A stretch of 64,000 nucleotides of DNA from NCBI RefSeq assembly GCF_002305855.1, contig NZ_CP022163.1, positions 7,067,765 to 7,131,764 on the forward strand, given 5' to 3'. Below are positions 12,793-23,709 of the stretch, in pieces. Position 1 is the stretch's first letter. Each line of letters opens with the position of its first letter. Position numbers and translations under genes: made by a program. The notes under the pieces are model-generated. The model was not told the origin of the DNA, searched no databases, and saw nothing but the letters and a program-made list of their open reading frames with translations. The stretch comes from Melittangium boletus DSM 14713 (GTDB lineage Bacteria; Myxococcota; Myxococcia; Myxococcales; Myxococcaceae).

Positions 12793-12802
12793 CGGCTTGG
12801 AG

Positions 12803-12837
12803 CCTCCCGCCCGGAGCATGGGCGGGTCACTCCGCCC
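12803..12837 (-). promoter_or_regulatory. Three-segment GC-rich element (GGGCGG / CCGCCC / GGGCGGGAGG) in the regulator leader that could form alternative hairpins. The last segment overlaps the RBS.
   Basis: Read on the minus strand: GGGCGG-agtgac-CCGCCC-atgctcc-GGGCGGGAGG-ctccaagcc-ATG. The middle segment can pair with either flank. Function unproven. Confidence 0.2.
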
Positions 12838-12955
12838 GTGTCTCCGGAGTTCCCCTGTTTACGGGGGCGCTCCCAAGGGAGCAAGCCTTTGTGATGCCCG
12901 TCGTCACCAGAGCGTCGGTGTGGGACGGGTGATCCGGTGGCTCGAGGCGCCGCGG

Positions 12956-13162
12956 TCAGTAGTTGCTGGGCGCGTCGCTGGACGGGAAGGACTCCTTGGA
13001 CTGCTCGTCCACGAGGTCATCCTCCTCGTTACCTCCCGACTTCACCTGGGCATTGGTGGGAGCGCCAGGTGAGGAGTGTTTCTCCGTCTTCGCGCCCGCC
13101 TCACGGCTCGGGGTCTGCTTCTCCTCGGTGCTGCCCGGGGCCTTTCGTTCCTGCTCTGCCAT
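12956..13162 (-). CDS. Small acidic, hydrophilic protein (68 aa), predicted disordered
   Basis: MAEQERKAPGSTEEKQTPSREAGAKTEK...EEDDLVDEQSKESFPSSDAPSNY. The second ATG (13162) has GGAGGT 5 nt upstream. GC3 is about 75%. It lies between grx and the FHA regulator on the same strand. Confidence 0.35.
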   Translation of the reverse strand: MAEQERKAPGSTEEKQTPSREAGAKTEKHSSPGAPTNAQVKSGGNEEDDLVDEQSKESFPSSDAPSNY

Positions 13163-13260
13163 CATCCACCTCCATGAGAGTGCCTTCTCTTCCTGGAAAG
13201 CTGTGCATGGGAGAGGATGGCCGCCCGCCCGGGGAGGACGGCCGCCTGCTGACCTGGCCG

Positions 13261-13518
13261 TCAGGCCTGGAGCATGGAGTCGAGCTTCTTGTCCCGATCC
13301 AGCTGAGCCAGGTCCGTGTAGCCGCCGACGTGGGTGTCGCCGATGAAGATCTGCGGCACGGTGCGCTGTCCGCCGCTCATCTCCACCAGTTTCGCGCGTG
13401 CGGTGTCGTCACCAGTCACGTCCACTTCCTCGTAGGACACGCCCTTGCGCTTGAGCAGATCCTTGGCCCGGACGCAGTAGCCACAGTAGGTGGTGGTGTA
13501 GATCTTCACGGGTTTCAC
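13261..13518 (-). CDS. grxC: Glutaredoxin (Grx3-type)
   Basis: 85 aa. IYTTTYCGYCVRAKDLL carries the active-site CxxC. The TVPQIFIGDTHVGGYTD glutathione-binding motif is present. Confidence 0.9.
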   Translation of the reverse strand: MKPVKIYTTTYCGYCVRAKDLLKRKGVSYEEVDVTGDDTARAKLVEMSGGQRTVPQIFIGDTHVGGYTDLAQLDRDKKLDSMLQA

Positions 13519-13607
13519 GCGGTCCTCCTCGGGTATGTCCGCGAAGGGTAATGGGGGCGCGTGGACTCCGCCATGGGTGAGTGAGCGGAGAGGCCCGAAA
13601 CGCGAAC

Positions 13608-13638
13608 GGCCCCTGGCTCCACGAGGGAACCAGGGGCC
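13608..13638 (-). terminator. Stem-loop downstream of groEL
   Basis: Perfect 9-bp inverted repeat GGCCCCTGG / CCAGGGGCC with a 13-nt loop. It lies 27 nt past the groEL stop and is followed on the transcribed strand by GUUCGCGUUUCGGG. Confidence 0.45.
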
Positions 13639-13664
13639 GTGGGGCGAACGGTGCCCGGGGACGA

Positions 13665-15669
<2,005 letters not shown>

Positions 15670-15749
15670 GGTCGGTCTCCTCGAGAGGGGGTGCCCTGGT
15701 TGCTCGGTGCACCCGGGGGTTTGGGAAAAGGGCTGCTGGGCCCAGGCGA

Positions 15750-15776
15750 TTGGCACTCGCACCACGTGAGTGCCAA
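15750..15776. promoter_or_regulatory. CIRCE operator (HrcA binding site) upstream of groES-groEL
   Basis: TTGGCACTC-gcaccacgt-GAGTGCCAA matches the CIRCE consensus TTAGCACTC-N9-GAGTGCTAA, a 9-bp inverted repeat with a 9-nt spacer. It sits about 80 nt upstream of the groES start. Confidence 0.8.
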
Positions 15777-15978
15777 CAGCCAAGCGCGCGGGATAATAAC
15801 CAGCGAAGTCGACCCGTCAAGCGAGCCCGTCGTGGGGGCTCGAAACGATGCAACCCCCCGCCACCATTCAGGTTTTAGGTTTTGTCCAGGAATGCACATC
15901 CTGGCGCGGGCGCGCGGCGGTCCGTTCCATTTCTGGCAGTCCCGGGGCGCGAGTGCCAGCGTAAGTGCCCGGAATGAC

Positions 15979-15994
15979 TGGATGCCGCTTTGCG
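15979..15994 (+). promoter_or_regulatory. Possible sigma54-type (-24/-12) promoter facing the hypothetical gene pair
   Basis: TGGATGCCGCTTTGCG has the GG-N10-GC spacing and a TTGC -12 element (consensus TGGCAC-N5-TTGCA). It lies about 80 nt upstream of the ATG at 16076. Weak; no experimental support. Confidence 0.2.
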
Positions 15995-16075
15995 GCACAA
16001 GGGGGGCCATTGATATCTTTGGGGGTGGCTCCTCCGTGGTGGATTCCTGGAGGGGAGCCGGGAGGAGCTTCGTCC

Positions 16076-16669
16076 ATGAGTCAACTGGTGACGTCCCCTT
16101 CGTTGAAGGAGTTCTTCAAGACCCTCCTGGAGGAGGCCATCCGCCGGCAGCAGGTCGCCGTCGGGCAGAGCACCGAGTTCTACCTGGTGAACCTGCTGGC
16201 CGAATTCGCCTCGTCCGACAAGCTGTTCAGCAAGGGAGACGACGGGCGCGCCGAGCAGGAGCCGCTGGCCATGCTCTACCACCGCTCGCTCCAGCAGCAG
16301 CGGGACGAGCGCATCCGCACCCTGCGGCGCCTGGGCGACGTGTCGCTCTACAAGGCGGGCTTCTTCTCCGGGTCGCTGCGCGAGGGGCCCGTGGGACAGG
16401 ACTACTACATCCAGATGGGTGGGGCGGCCTATGGCCAGGTGGCGGAGCTGGCGCCCGGCGCGGGCTTCGCCTCCGTCTACCGGGAGCTGAGCGCGCGCTT
16501 CCGCGCCCTGGTGGACGTGCTCGAGGAGATCGCCGCGCGGGGGCTCGTGCGCAATGGCCCCTCGGGCGCGCTCAAGGTGTACGAAACCTGGGTCCGCACG
16601 GGCAATGACAAGCTGCAGCGGGTGCTCGTGGACGCGGGGCTGGTGGTGCCCAAGGGGTTGGCGAACTGA
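16076..16669 (+). CDS. Hypothetical cytoplasmic protein (197 aa)
   Basis: ATG at 16076 with GGAGGAG 8 nt upstream. High GC3. No recognisable domain (MSQLVTSPSLKEFFKTLLEEAIRRQQ...). The ORF-track 5' extension from 15965 was discarded. Confidence 0.6.
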   Translation: MSQLVTSPSLKEFFKTLLEEAIRRQQVAVGQSTEFYLVNLLAEFASSDKLFSKGDDGRAEQEPLAMLYHRSLQQQRDERIRTLRRLGDVSLYKAGFFSGSLREGPVGQDYYIQMGGAAYGQVAELAPGAGFASVYRELSARFRALVDVLEEIAARGLVRNGPSGALKVYETWVRTGNDKLQRVLVDAGLVVPKGLAN

Positions 16670-16685
16670 ACCGGGAGCGCGACGC

Positions 16686-17327
16686 ATGATCGCCCGCGTT
16701 CAGGCCCACCTGGAGGCCATCTACGGTTTCACCTGCGAGGCCCGGGCGGAGGGCTTCCTGGTGGACACCGAGGCGGCCGTGCTCCTGGGCTCCTCCGGAG
16801 GACTCGAGGAGGAACTGCTCGTTCGCGAGGGAGAAGGGGAGGTGGAACTCGCCCTCTATCTGGCCCCCGCGTTGCTCTCCCGGCTGCGGCCCTACGAGAG
16901 CGCCCCGGTGCACGCCCTGCTGGATGGGGAGCTGGACGGCTTCTGCCAGCTCGCCGAGGGCGTCTCCCACTTCGTCTATATGGCGCAGACGGCCTTACAA
17001 GAGCGCACCGTGTCCTTGTTGGAGCTGGAGGCGCAGGCGGAGGTGGACAAGTTCGCCCTGTGCCTGTTGCAGCGCTGGGGGACGGGGGTGGAGGGGTGGG
17101 CGCGGGAGCTGATCGGGAAGCTCTTCGAGCGGGTGTCCTACCGGGCCCGGCTGACCGAGGCGGAGCGCTGGCGCTACCAGGAGGCCAACCGCCTGTCGCG
17201 CAACTTCTGCACCCGGCTGATGGGCCATGTCGCCGGGCGGCGGCTCGAACGGCTGCTGTCGGAGCTGCGCTACGCCTACCGATTGGGTGCGCAAGCCAAG
17301 CTGCGCCACTTCGCGCAAGTCTCCTGA
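16686..17327 (+). CDS. Hypothetical protein (213 aa), apparently co-transcribed with the preceding gene
   Basis: ATG at 16686, 17 nt after the upstream stop. MIARVQAHLEAIYGFTCEARAEGFLVDTEAAVLLG... No recognisable domain. Confidence 0.6.
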   Translation: MIARVQAHLEAIYGFTCEARAEGFLVDTEAAVLLGSSGGLEEELLVREGEGEVELALYLAPALLSRLRPYESAPVHALLDGELDGFCQLAEGVSHFVYMAQTALQERTVSLLELEAQAEVDKFALCLLQRWGTGVEGWARELIGKLFERVSYRARLTEAERWRYQEANRLSRNFCTRLMGHVAGRRLERLLSELRYAYRLGAQAKLRHFAQVS

Positions 17328-17360
17328 CCGCGGGGCGCGCGCATCGGGTACGGTGGGCGC

Positions 17361-17840
17361 ATGCCCCGAGAGGCCTCCGCTGGAGGAATCGTCATCCGAG
17401 AGCAGGGAGGTGAGCTGGAGGTGGCCGTGATCCGGCCTCACGGCCGCTCCCTGTGGGCATTGCCCAAGGGGCATGTGGATCCGGGTGAGTCGCCCGAGCA
17501 AACCGCCACGCGCGAGGTGTGGGAGGAGACGGGCCTGCGGGCCACGCTCGTCGCGCCCCTGGGGGAGATCCGCTACGTCTACCAGTTCCGTGGCCAGCGC
17601 ATCTTCAAGCGCGTCCACTTCTTCCTCTTCCGCTACCAGTCAGGGGTGCTGGGTGACATCCAGCACGAGGGACAGCGGATCGAGGTGGACGAGGCCCGCT
17701 GGGTGCCGCTCGTGCGGGCATCGGCGCTGCTGGGCTACAAGGGTGAGAAGGCCATCGCCGCGCGCGCGGCCAGGATGCTGCTGCGCGCGGGGACCGTCCT
17801 CGTCCCCTCCGGACAGAAGCCAGAGGGCACCGGAGACTAG
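17361..17840 (+). CDS. NUDIX hydrolase
   Basis: NUDIX box [23 protein letters not shown] (Gx5Ex7REVxEExGU). 159 aa. Confidence 0.85.
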   Translation: MPREASAGGIVIREQGGELEVAVIRPHGRSLWALPKGHVDPGESPEQTATREVWEETGLRATLVAPLGEIRYVYQFRGQRIFKRVHFFLFRYQSGVLGDIQHEGQRIEVDEARWVPLVRASALLGYKGEKAIAARAARMLLRAGTVLVPSGQKPEGTGD

Positions 17841-18079
17841 AGCTCCTTGGCGTCCTTGGCGGAGTACTTGCCGGTGAGCGCCTCGCGCACGTCCCGGTCG
17901 AACTTCACCCGGCCCGTGGCCACCTCCCGCAGCGAGAGCACGGGCGGCTTGTTCTTGGAGATGTCGATGATGGGGCGGGCGCCGGCCATGAGCTGACGGG
18001 CGCGCTTGGCCGCCAGCAGCACGAGCGCGAAGCGGTTGTCGACCAGGGGGAGGCAGTCTTCGACTGTGACGCGAGCCAT
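17837..18079 (-). CDS. rpoZ: DNA-directed RNA polymerase subunit omega
   Basis: 80 aa. [30 protein letters not shown] is the conserved RpoZ N-terminus. Its stop codon overlaps the NUDIX stop (CTAG). Confidence 0.85.
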   Translation of the reverse strand: MARVTVEDCLPLVDNRFALVLLAAKRARQLMAGARPIIDISKNKPPVLSLREVATGRVKFDRDVREALTGKYSAKDAKEL

Positions 18080-18258
18080 GGTTCAGAAATCCTATCGCGG
18101 AAGAACGCGGGGAAAGAAACCCAACCTAGAGAGCGCCCTCCACCGAGTCAAGGAAGGACGTGCCCGCCCATCGGGCGGGAGACGCGGCGCCTGTCCGCCG
18201 TGTGCTAGTGTTTTCTTAGATTCCAGAGACTTCCCAGAAACGGCTGATCCCCGCGCGC

Positions 18259-19620
18259 ATGATCACTTCCCCGCTTCGTCCTTCTGGAAATCACCCCACA
18301 TCCCCCGGGTCTCGCAAGCCCCATGCTTTTTGGAGCAATCAGTCGGTCTGGGGCATCTCGGCGCTCCTGTTCGGCTCGGTGGGGTTGGACTGGCTCTACC
18401 TCGGCCACATCCGTCCCATGGCGCTGGTCTACCGGCTCCTGGTGCTGGCCAGCCTGTTGATCATGCGCGAGCTGCACGCGCGCCCTTCCACCCGGGTGGG
18501 ACGTGGGGTGCAGTATGTGTCGCTCGTCGTCAGCAGCGGCTGCATCATCGGGCTGGTGCATGAGATGGGCGGACTCGACAGCCCCTTTGTCCTCGTGCTG
18601 CCCATCATGCCGCTGAGCATCGCCCTGTTGTTCGGGCAGAACCGGAGGGCCACCTTCGTGAGTGGCGTGATGGGAAGTCTGGGCACGTGGGTGCTCGTGC
18701 TGCTCTCCCACCGGCCCTTCATCGAGGGCGCCACCTGGTTGATGATCATGGTGGGCGTCGGGGCCTTGGCGGATGTGCTCTGCCGTCAGGCGCTCTACGT
18801 GCATCAGGCCGAGCAGCAGGTGCGCATCGAGCGCTCCCGGCGCGAGGCCCTGGAGGCGCTGGCCTTGAGCGAGCACCGCCGGGCCCAGTCGGAGAAGCTG
18901 GCCATCGTGGGTCGGCTGGCGTCGGGCGTGGCGCATGAAATCAACAACCCCCTGGCCTACGTGGGCTCCAACGTGGACTTCGTGCGCGAGGAGCTCCTGG
19001 CGTCGGTGGAGGTGGATCGCGAGGCGCTGGCCGAGGTGCTTTCGGAGACCCGCGTGGGCGTGCAGCACATCCAGCAGATCGTCTCGGACCTCAAGGGGTT
19101 CTCCCGCATGGACACCCACGAGAGCGTCGAGTGCTGCCTGGCGGACGTGGTGGCCGACGCGATGAAGCTCGCCTCGTTGAAGCTCAAGCACGTGGCGTGG
19201 CTGCGGGTGGACGTGCCCGCGACTCTGCCACCCGTCATCGCGGTGAGGCAGCGGCTGGTGCAGGTGGTGCTCAACCTGCTGGTCAATGCCGCGGACGTCC
19301 TGGACGCGCATGGCGTGCAGGGCGCCGAGGTGCGGGTGACGGGCCGGGCCGAGGACGCCTGCGTGGTGCTGCTCGTCGAGGACAATGGTCCGGGCTTCGC
19401 TCCCCACGTGCTGCCCCGGCTCTTCGAGGCCTTCTTCACGACCAAGGGCCCCGACAAGGGCACGGGCCTGGGCCTGAACCTGTCGCGCGAGCTGGTGGTT
19501 CAGTTCGGCGGAACGCTCACGGCCAGCAACCGCGCCGAGGGCGGGGCGCGCCTGCGCATCAGCCTCCCCATTCCCTCCGAGCTCCTGTCCGCGCGGGCAC
19601 ATGTCCTGGGAACGGCCTGA
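18259..19620 (+). CDS. Membrane sensor histidine kinase
   Basis: Multi-TM N-terminus. H-box (GVAHEINNPLAYV). N, G1 and G2 boxes in the HATPase_c domain (NLLVNAADV...EDNGPGF...GTGLGLNLS). Confidence 0.85.
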   Translation: MITSPLRPSGNHPTSPGSRKPHAFWSNQSVWGISALLFGSVGLDWLYLGHIRPMALVYRLLVLASLLIMRELHARPSTRVGRGVQYVSLVVSSGCIIGLVHEMGGLDSPFVLVLPIMPLSIALLFGQNRRATFVSGVMGSLGTWVLVLLSHRPFIEGATWLMIMVGVGALADVLCRQALYVHQAEQQVRIERSRREALEALALSEHRRAQSEKLAIVGRLASGVAHEINNPLAYVGSNVDFVREELLASVEVDREALAEVLSETRVGVQHIQQIVSDLKGFSRMDTHESVECCLADVVADAMKLASLKLKHVAWLRVDVPATLPPVIAVRQRLVQVVLNLLVNAADVLDAHGVQGAEVRVTGRAEDACVVLLVEDNGPGFAPHVLPRLFEAFFTTKGPDKGTGLGLNLSRELVVQFGGTLTASNRAEGGARLRISLPIPSELLSARAHVLGTA

Positions 19621-19685
19621 CGGGAGTTGTTTCCACCGGACAACACCTGGGTACGGATGGAGATGACGGGTTGTCCGGCGTGCGG

Positions 19686-21119
19686 ATGATGAGCCCCGTC
19701 AACTGGGAGGAGTGGATGGCGCGGGTGCGCGAAGGCGCGATGGCCGATGAAGGCTCGGTCTCGAAGGTCGTTCTCATCTCGTCGGTGGCCGCCCTGGGCG
19801 GCTTCTTGTTTGGGTTCGATACGTCCGTCATCAATGGCGCCGTGGGGGCCCTGGCGTCCGTGTTCCAGGCGGGAGACACGGCCATTGGACTGGCGGTGTC
19901 CGCGGCGCTCATCGGCTCGGCCGTGGGGGCGTTCGTCGGCGGAGAGCTCGCGGACCGCCTGGGCCGCGTCCGGGTGATGGTGGTGGCCGCGGTGCTCTTC
20001 GCCGTGAGCACCGTGGGCTCGGGCCTCGCCTTCGGGCTCGTGGACTTGAGCCTGTGGCGCCTGGTGGGCGGCATCGCGGTGGGCATCGCCAGCGTCATCG
20101 CTCCGGCCTACATCGCGGAGATCGCTCCGGCCCACCTCCGGGGACGGCTCGGGTCGCTGCAACAACTGGCGATCGTGACGGGCATCTTCTCGGCGCTGCT
20201 CGTGGACTACTTCATCGCCACCCAGGCCGGTTCCGCGGAGAGCCCCTACTGGTTCGGTCTGCCCGCGTGGCGCTGGATGCTCCTGTCCGAGCTGCCCATC
20301 GCCATCTTCTATGGCGTGGGCGCGCTCATGATTCCCGAGTCCCCGCGCTACCTCGTCGCCAAGAAGCACGACGCCAAGGCGCTCACCGTGCTGCGCACCA
20401 TCCTGGGCCGCGGCGCGGAGGCGAAGATGGGGGAGATCCGCCGGACGATCTCCACCGAGGCGTCGGGCCGGTTCAAGGATCTGCGCGGGCGCTTCGGGCT
20501 GCTGCCCATCGTGTGGATCGGCATCGCGCTGTCGGTGTTCCAGCAGTTCGTGGGCATCAACGTCATCTTCTATTACTCGAGCATCCTCTGGCAGGCGGTG
20601 GGGTTCTCCGAGAAGGACTCGCTGGCCATCACCGTCATCACCAGCGTCACCAACATCGTCACCACCTTCATCGCCATCGCCACGGTGGACCGCTTTGGAC
20701 GCAAGCCCCTGCTCATCGTGGGCTCGGTGGGCATGGCGCTCACGCTCGGGGTGCTGTCCTTCGTGTTCGGCTCGGCCCCGCTCGATGCCTCGGGAAATCC
20801 CGTGCTGCAAGGCGCGGCGGGCACGGTCGCCCTGTTCGCCGCGAACCTCTACGTCTTCTGCTTCGGCATGTCGTGGGGCCCGGTGGTGTGGGTGCTGCTC
20901 GGGGAGATGTTCAACAACCGCATCCGTGCCCATGCCCTGGCGCTCGCGGGGTCCGCGCAGTGGGTGGCCAACTTCCTCGTCTCCGCCACCTTCCCCGCGT
21001 TGCGCACGCTGAGCCTCGGGCTCGCCTACGGGCTGTACACCGCCTCCGCGCTGGGCTCGCTCTTCTTCGTGATCTTCTTCATCCGGGAGACCCGGGGCCG
21101 CGAGCTGGAGGACATGTGA
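19686..21119 (+). CDS. MFS sugar porter family transporter
   Basis: LGGFLFGFDTSVINGA, GRVRVMVVAAVLF, PESPRYL and the PETRGRELEDM C-terminus are signature sugar-porter motifs, with 12 TM segments. ATGATG at 19686; alternative starts at 19716 and 19740. The ORF-track 5' extension overlapping the kinase was discarded. Confidence 0.85.
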   Translation: MMSPVNWEEWMARVREGAMADEGSVSKVVLISSVAALGGFLFGFDTSVINGAVGALASVFQAGDTAIGLAVSAALIGSAVGAFVGGELADRLGRVRVMVVAAVLFAVSTVGSGLAFGLVDLSLWRLVGGIAVGIASVIAPAYIAEIAPAHLRGRLGSLQQLAIVTGIFSALLVDYFIATQAGSAESPYWFGLPAWRWMLLSELPIAIFYGVGALMIPESPRYLVAKKHDAKALTVLRTILGRGAEAKMGEIRRTISTEASGRFKDLRGRFGLLPIVWIGIALSVFQQFVGINVIFYYSSILWQAVGFSEKDSLAITVITSVTNIVTTFIAIATVDRFGRKPLLIVGSVGMALTLGVLSFVFGSAPLDASGNPVLQGAAGTVALFAANLYVFCFGMSWGPVVWVLLGEMFNNRIRAHALALAGSAQWVANFLVSATFPALRTLSLGLAYGLYTASALGSLFFVIFFIRETRGRELEDM

Positions 21120-21129
21120 GCGGCCGCCC

Positions 21130-22098
21130 TCATGGATCGAGCGCCGACACGTCCGGACAGGCGGCGGCGTTGCCCACCTCGGCCGTCTCCCAGCCGCGCT
21201 TGAAGTAGGTGACCCGGAAGCGGGCGTCCCAGCACTCCACCTGGGTGGCGTCGAGATCCGCCGGGACGTTGCCGCCCGTCGCCATCGCGCGCGCCATGCC
21301 GTCCCGGTCGCTCGTCCACCGGCTGACGATGAACAGGTCCGCCCGCTTGTTGCCCGGGAGGATGGCGGTGTCCTCGAGGAGGAAGGTCATCTCCCCGAGA
21401 CCACCGTGCGCCTCCCGGTACGTGTAGCGCAACGACGCTCGCGCCGCGACCGGGATGAACTCCACCTCCACGCTCATGGGAGGGGCCCGCGTCTGATAGG
21501 CGACGTCCAACCGCTTGTAGCCCGCGAAGCTCCCCATGTCGAAGCCGTGTGCGCGCGCCGCGGCGAGCTGGATGCTCACCGTCCCCGTTCCCCGCCGCAG
21601 GCCGCCGTTCGCCTCGAAGGTGCCCTCCACGAAGGACCACCATTCGTCCCGGCCGCGGGGGCGGAACTGGAGCTGGTACGCGAAGCGCCCGTCCTGCCGC
21701 GTCATCACGAAGCGCACCAGGTGACCGGGATGCTCCGAATCCTCCACGGGGCCCCACTCGCGCATGTCCGGCGCGCGCGTCGTGGGGTTCTGGGCGCGGA
21801 TCTTCTCCAACGTCGACAGGAGCCCATCGAGCGCCGTGTTGAACCGCTCCGAGGCCTGATGGGTGTCCTCGTAGAGGGTGGATGGGTCTCCCTCGGCGAC
21901 GGGCGTGTCCGCGAACGGGCGGACCTCCAAGGGGAGCGCGCTTCCGATCCCCGCGGCGCCCTCCCGCTTCGGGAGCTTGGCGGTCAGCTCCGCGCGCACG
22001 GGCAGGGCGTTGAGGAATTCGAGGTCGTCGTTGGAGAAGTTGCCGCCGCACGCGGTGGCGAGCAGGCCCAGCAGGGACAGCCAGCAGGTTCGCATCAC
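21130..22098 (-). CDS. Hypothetical lipoprotein
   Basis: MMRTCWLSLLGLLATACGG is a signal peptide plus lipobox. No catalytic motif recognised. It lies downstream of, and on the same strand as, the caspase-like gene. Confidence 0.7.
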   Translation of the reverse strand: MMRTCWLSLLGLLATACGGNFSNDDLEFLNALPVRAELTAKLPKREGAAGIGSALPLEVRPFADTPVAEGDPSTLYEDTHQASERFNTALDGLLSTLEKIRAQNPTTRAPDMREWGPVEDSEHPGHLVRFVMTRQDGRFAYQLQFRPRGRDEWWSFVEGTFEANGGLRRGTGTVSIQLAAARAHGFDMGSFAGYKRLDVAYQTRAPPMSVEVEFIPVAARASLRYTYREAHGGLGEMTFLLEDTAILPGNKRADLFIVSRWTSDRDGMARAMATGGNVPADLDATQVECWDARFRVTYFKRGWETAEVGNAAACPDVSALDP

Positions 22099-22107
22099 GT
22101 GCTCCCG

Positions 22108-23709
22108 TCAGAGTCGGTAGGTCACGAGCGCCCCGAGCTCCCAATAGCCCAGGGAGCGCCGCTCATCGACGTTGTAGAGGAGGTAATGGACGCGGGCGCG
22201 TCCGGTGAGTTCGACGCGGTCCGCCAGCCGCACGCGCAGACCCGCCACCAGTCCGGGCGTGAACACCGCGTAGAACTGATCCGGCAGGCTCGTGTCCTCG
22301 AAGTTCCGGCGCGCGACGAGGTAGGCCAGACGCGCGCCCAGGAAGGGGCTCCACCGGCCCTGGGGCCACTCGGCCACCAGCGAGGTGCCCACGGTCAACA
22401 AGGTGTAGCGGTAGCGCGGTCCCGAGAGCGTGGGCAGCTCCAGCGTGGCCTGGCGCGTGCCCAGGGACACATCCACGTCCCAGCGCCAGTCCTCGCGGAA
22501 GTAGTGGAACAGGCCTCCTTCCAGGCCCACCAGGGGCGTGGACAGGAAGAGGCTCTCGCGGGTGGGCGCGTCGAGGAAGGAGTGGTAGCCGCCGTTGAGG
22601 CCGAGCGTCCAGTACGTGCGCCGGGGGCGGGGCAGGGGCGCCACGCCCTTGACTGGATCATCCGAGAAGGGCGCGTCGCGGAACCGGGACTCGTCGAGCA
22701 CGGTGGTGCTTCCGCGCCGCACCTCGGCCTGGCCGATGCGCAGCCGGTCCGGCATCCGCCGCTTCACCGAGTAGAAGCCCGGGGCGAGGGCGAGGCGGCG
22801 CTCGGCGTCCGCGGCCTTGTCCATCTCCGCCACCACGAGCCCCGCGCCATTCACGAAGTAGTAGGCCCCCGGCGGCGCGGAGCGAGGCACGAGCAGGCCC
22901 TCGTCGAGGCCTCGCAGATCCGTGAGCACCACGTCTCCGTTGCCGGCCAGGTCGTAGCTGAACGTGGGGTGCTGGGGCCCGGCGCCGCTGTCCGCGGTGT
23001 CCGCCACCGTGCGCGCGTAGGCATGGGAGTAGGCCTCGAAGAGCGTCACCTGCCCATCGCCCGAGCGGTCCGCGTCTCCCATCAGCCCGCTGAGCAGGTG
23101 GTGGGTGAAATAGCTGCCTCCCAGCAGGTCCGACTCCTGGGAGTCCTCGTCCGCCGCGCTGGAGGTGAGCAGCACGAGCCCTCGTGCCTCGCGGCCCGTG
23201 CCCGCGTCGATGGCGAAGGCCGGGGCCCGCCGCACGCCCTTGGTGCGCGTGAGCCGCCCGGAGCGGCAGGCATCCAGGATGGCGATGCGCACGTCCGCGG
23301 GCGCCGCCGCCAGCCGGTGCTTGAGCGTGTCCAGGTCCAACGTCTCTCCACCCATGCGCAGCGCGCCATCCTTCGCGTGTCCCGAGTAGTAGACGAGCAG
23401 TTCGGTGCGCTCGCCCCGGGCGCGTGCCGCCGCGGACTCCTGCTCCAACAGGGCGAGCGTTCGCAGGAAGTCGTCCGGCGCCGCGTCCAGCAACAGCCGC
23501 GCGTCTCCGGAGGCCACGCCGCCGAGCCGCAGCAGGAGGGTGTGCAGCTTGCGTGCGTCCTCCGTCGCGAAGCGCAGGGGCCGGGTGTCCGCGCCCCCCT
23601 CGTCGTTGCCGGCCACCAGGGCGAAGCGGCGCAGGGGCCCGGCCTCGGTGGTTCCCGCCCACCCCAGGCACAGGAGGAGCCACCACCCGAGGGCCCACGC
23701 CCGCCTCAT
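22108..23709 (-). CDS. Caspase-family (peptidase C14) protein with a signal peptide and a beta-rich C-terminal domain
   Basis: A signal peptide (MRRAWALGWWLLLCLGWAGTTEA) is followed by the caspase His/Cys dyad context (LLVYYSGHAKDG ... IAILDACRSGRL). The C-terminal ~200 aa show amphipathic beta-strand periodicity. ATG at 23709 overlaps the anti-sigma stop by 4 bp. Confidence 0.8.
   Translation of the reverse strand: MRRAWALGWWLLLCLGWAGTTEAGPLRRFALVAGNDEGGADTRPLRFATEDARKLHTLLLRLGGVASGDARLLLDAAPDDFLRTLALLEQESAAARARGERTELLVYYSGHAKDGALRMGGETLDLDTLKHRLAAAPADVRIAILDACRSGRLTRTKGVRRAPAFAIDAGTGREARGLVLLTSSAADEDSQESDLLGGSYFTHHLLSGLMGDADRSGDGQVTLFEAYSHAYARTVADTADSGAGPQHPTFSYDLAGNGDVVLTDLRGLDEGLLVPRSAPPGAYYFVNGAGLVVAEMDKAADAERRLALAPGFYSVKRRMPDRLRIGQAEVRRGSTTVLDESRFRDAPFSDDPVKGVAPLPRPRRTYWTLGLNGGYHSFLDAPTRESLFLSTPLVGLEGGLFHYFREDWRWDVDVSLGTRQATLELPTLSGPRYRYTLLTVGTSLVAEWPQGRWSPFLGARLAYLVARRNFEDTSLPDQFYAVFTPGLVAGLRVRLADRVELTGRARVHYLLYNVDERRSLGYWELGALVTYRL

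Noticed and set aside
18150-18200. CCCGCCC-atc-GGGCGGG hairpin plus a T-rich patch upstream of the histidine kinase, considered as a terminator.
   Set aside because: No co-directional upstream gene ends there because rpoZ is on the opposite strand and in the wrong orientation. The AT-rich patch is more likely the kinase promoter region.
19131-19685. 5' extension of the MFS transporter ORF that overlaps the histidine-kinase gene.
   Set aside because: The extension is an Arg/Gly-rich translation of the kinase's coding region in another frame. The real start (MMSPVNW / MADEG) follows the kinase stop.
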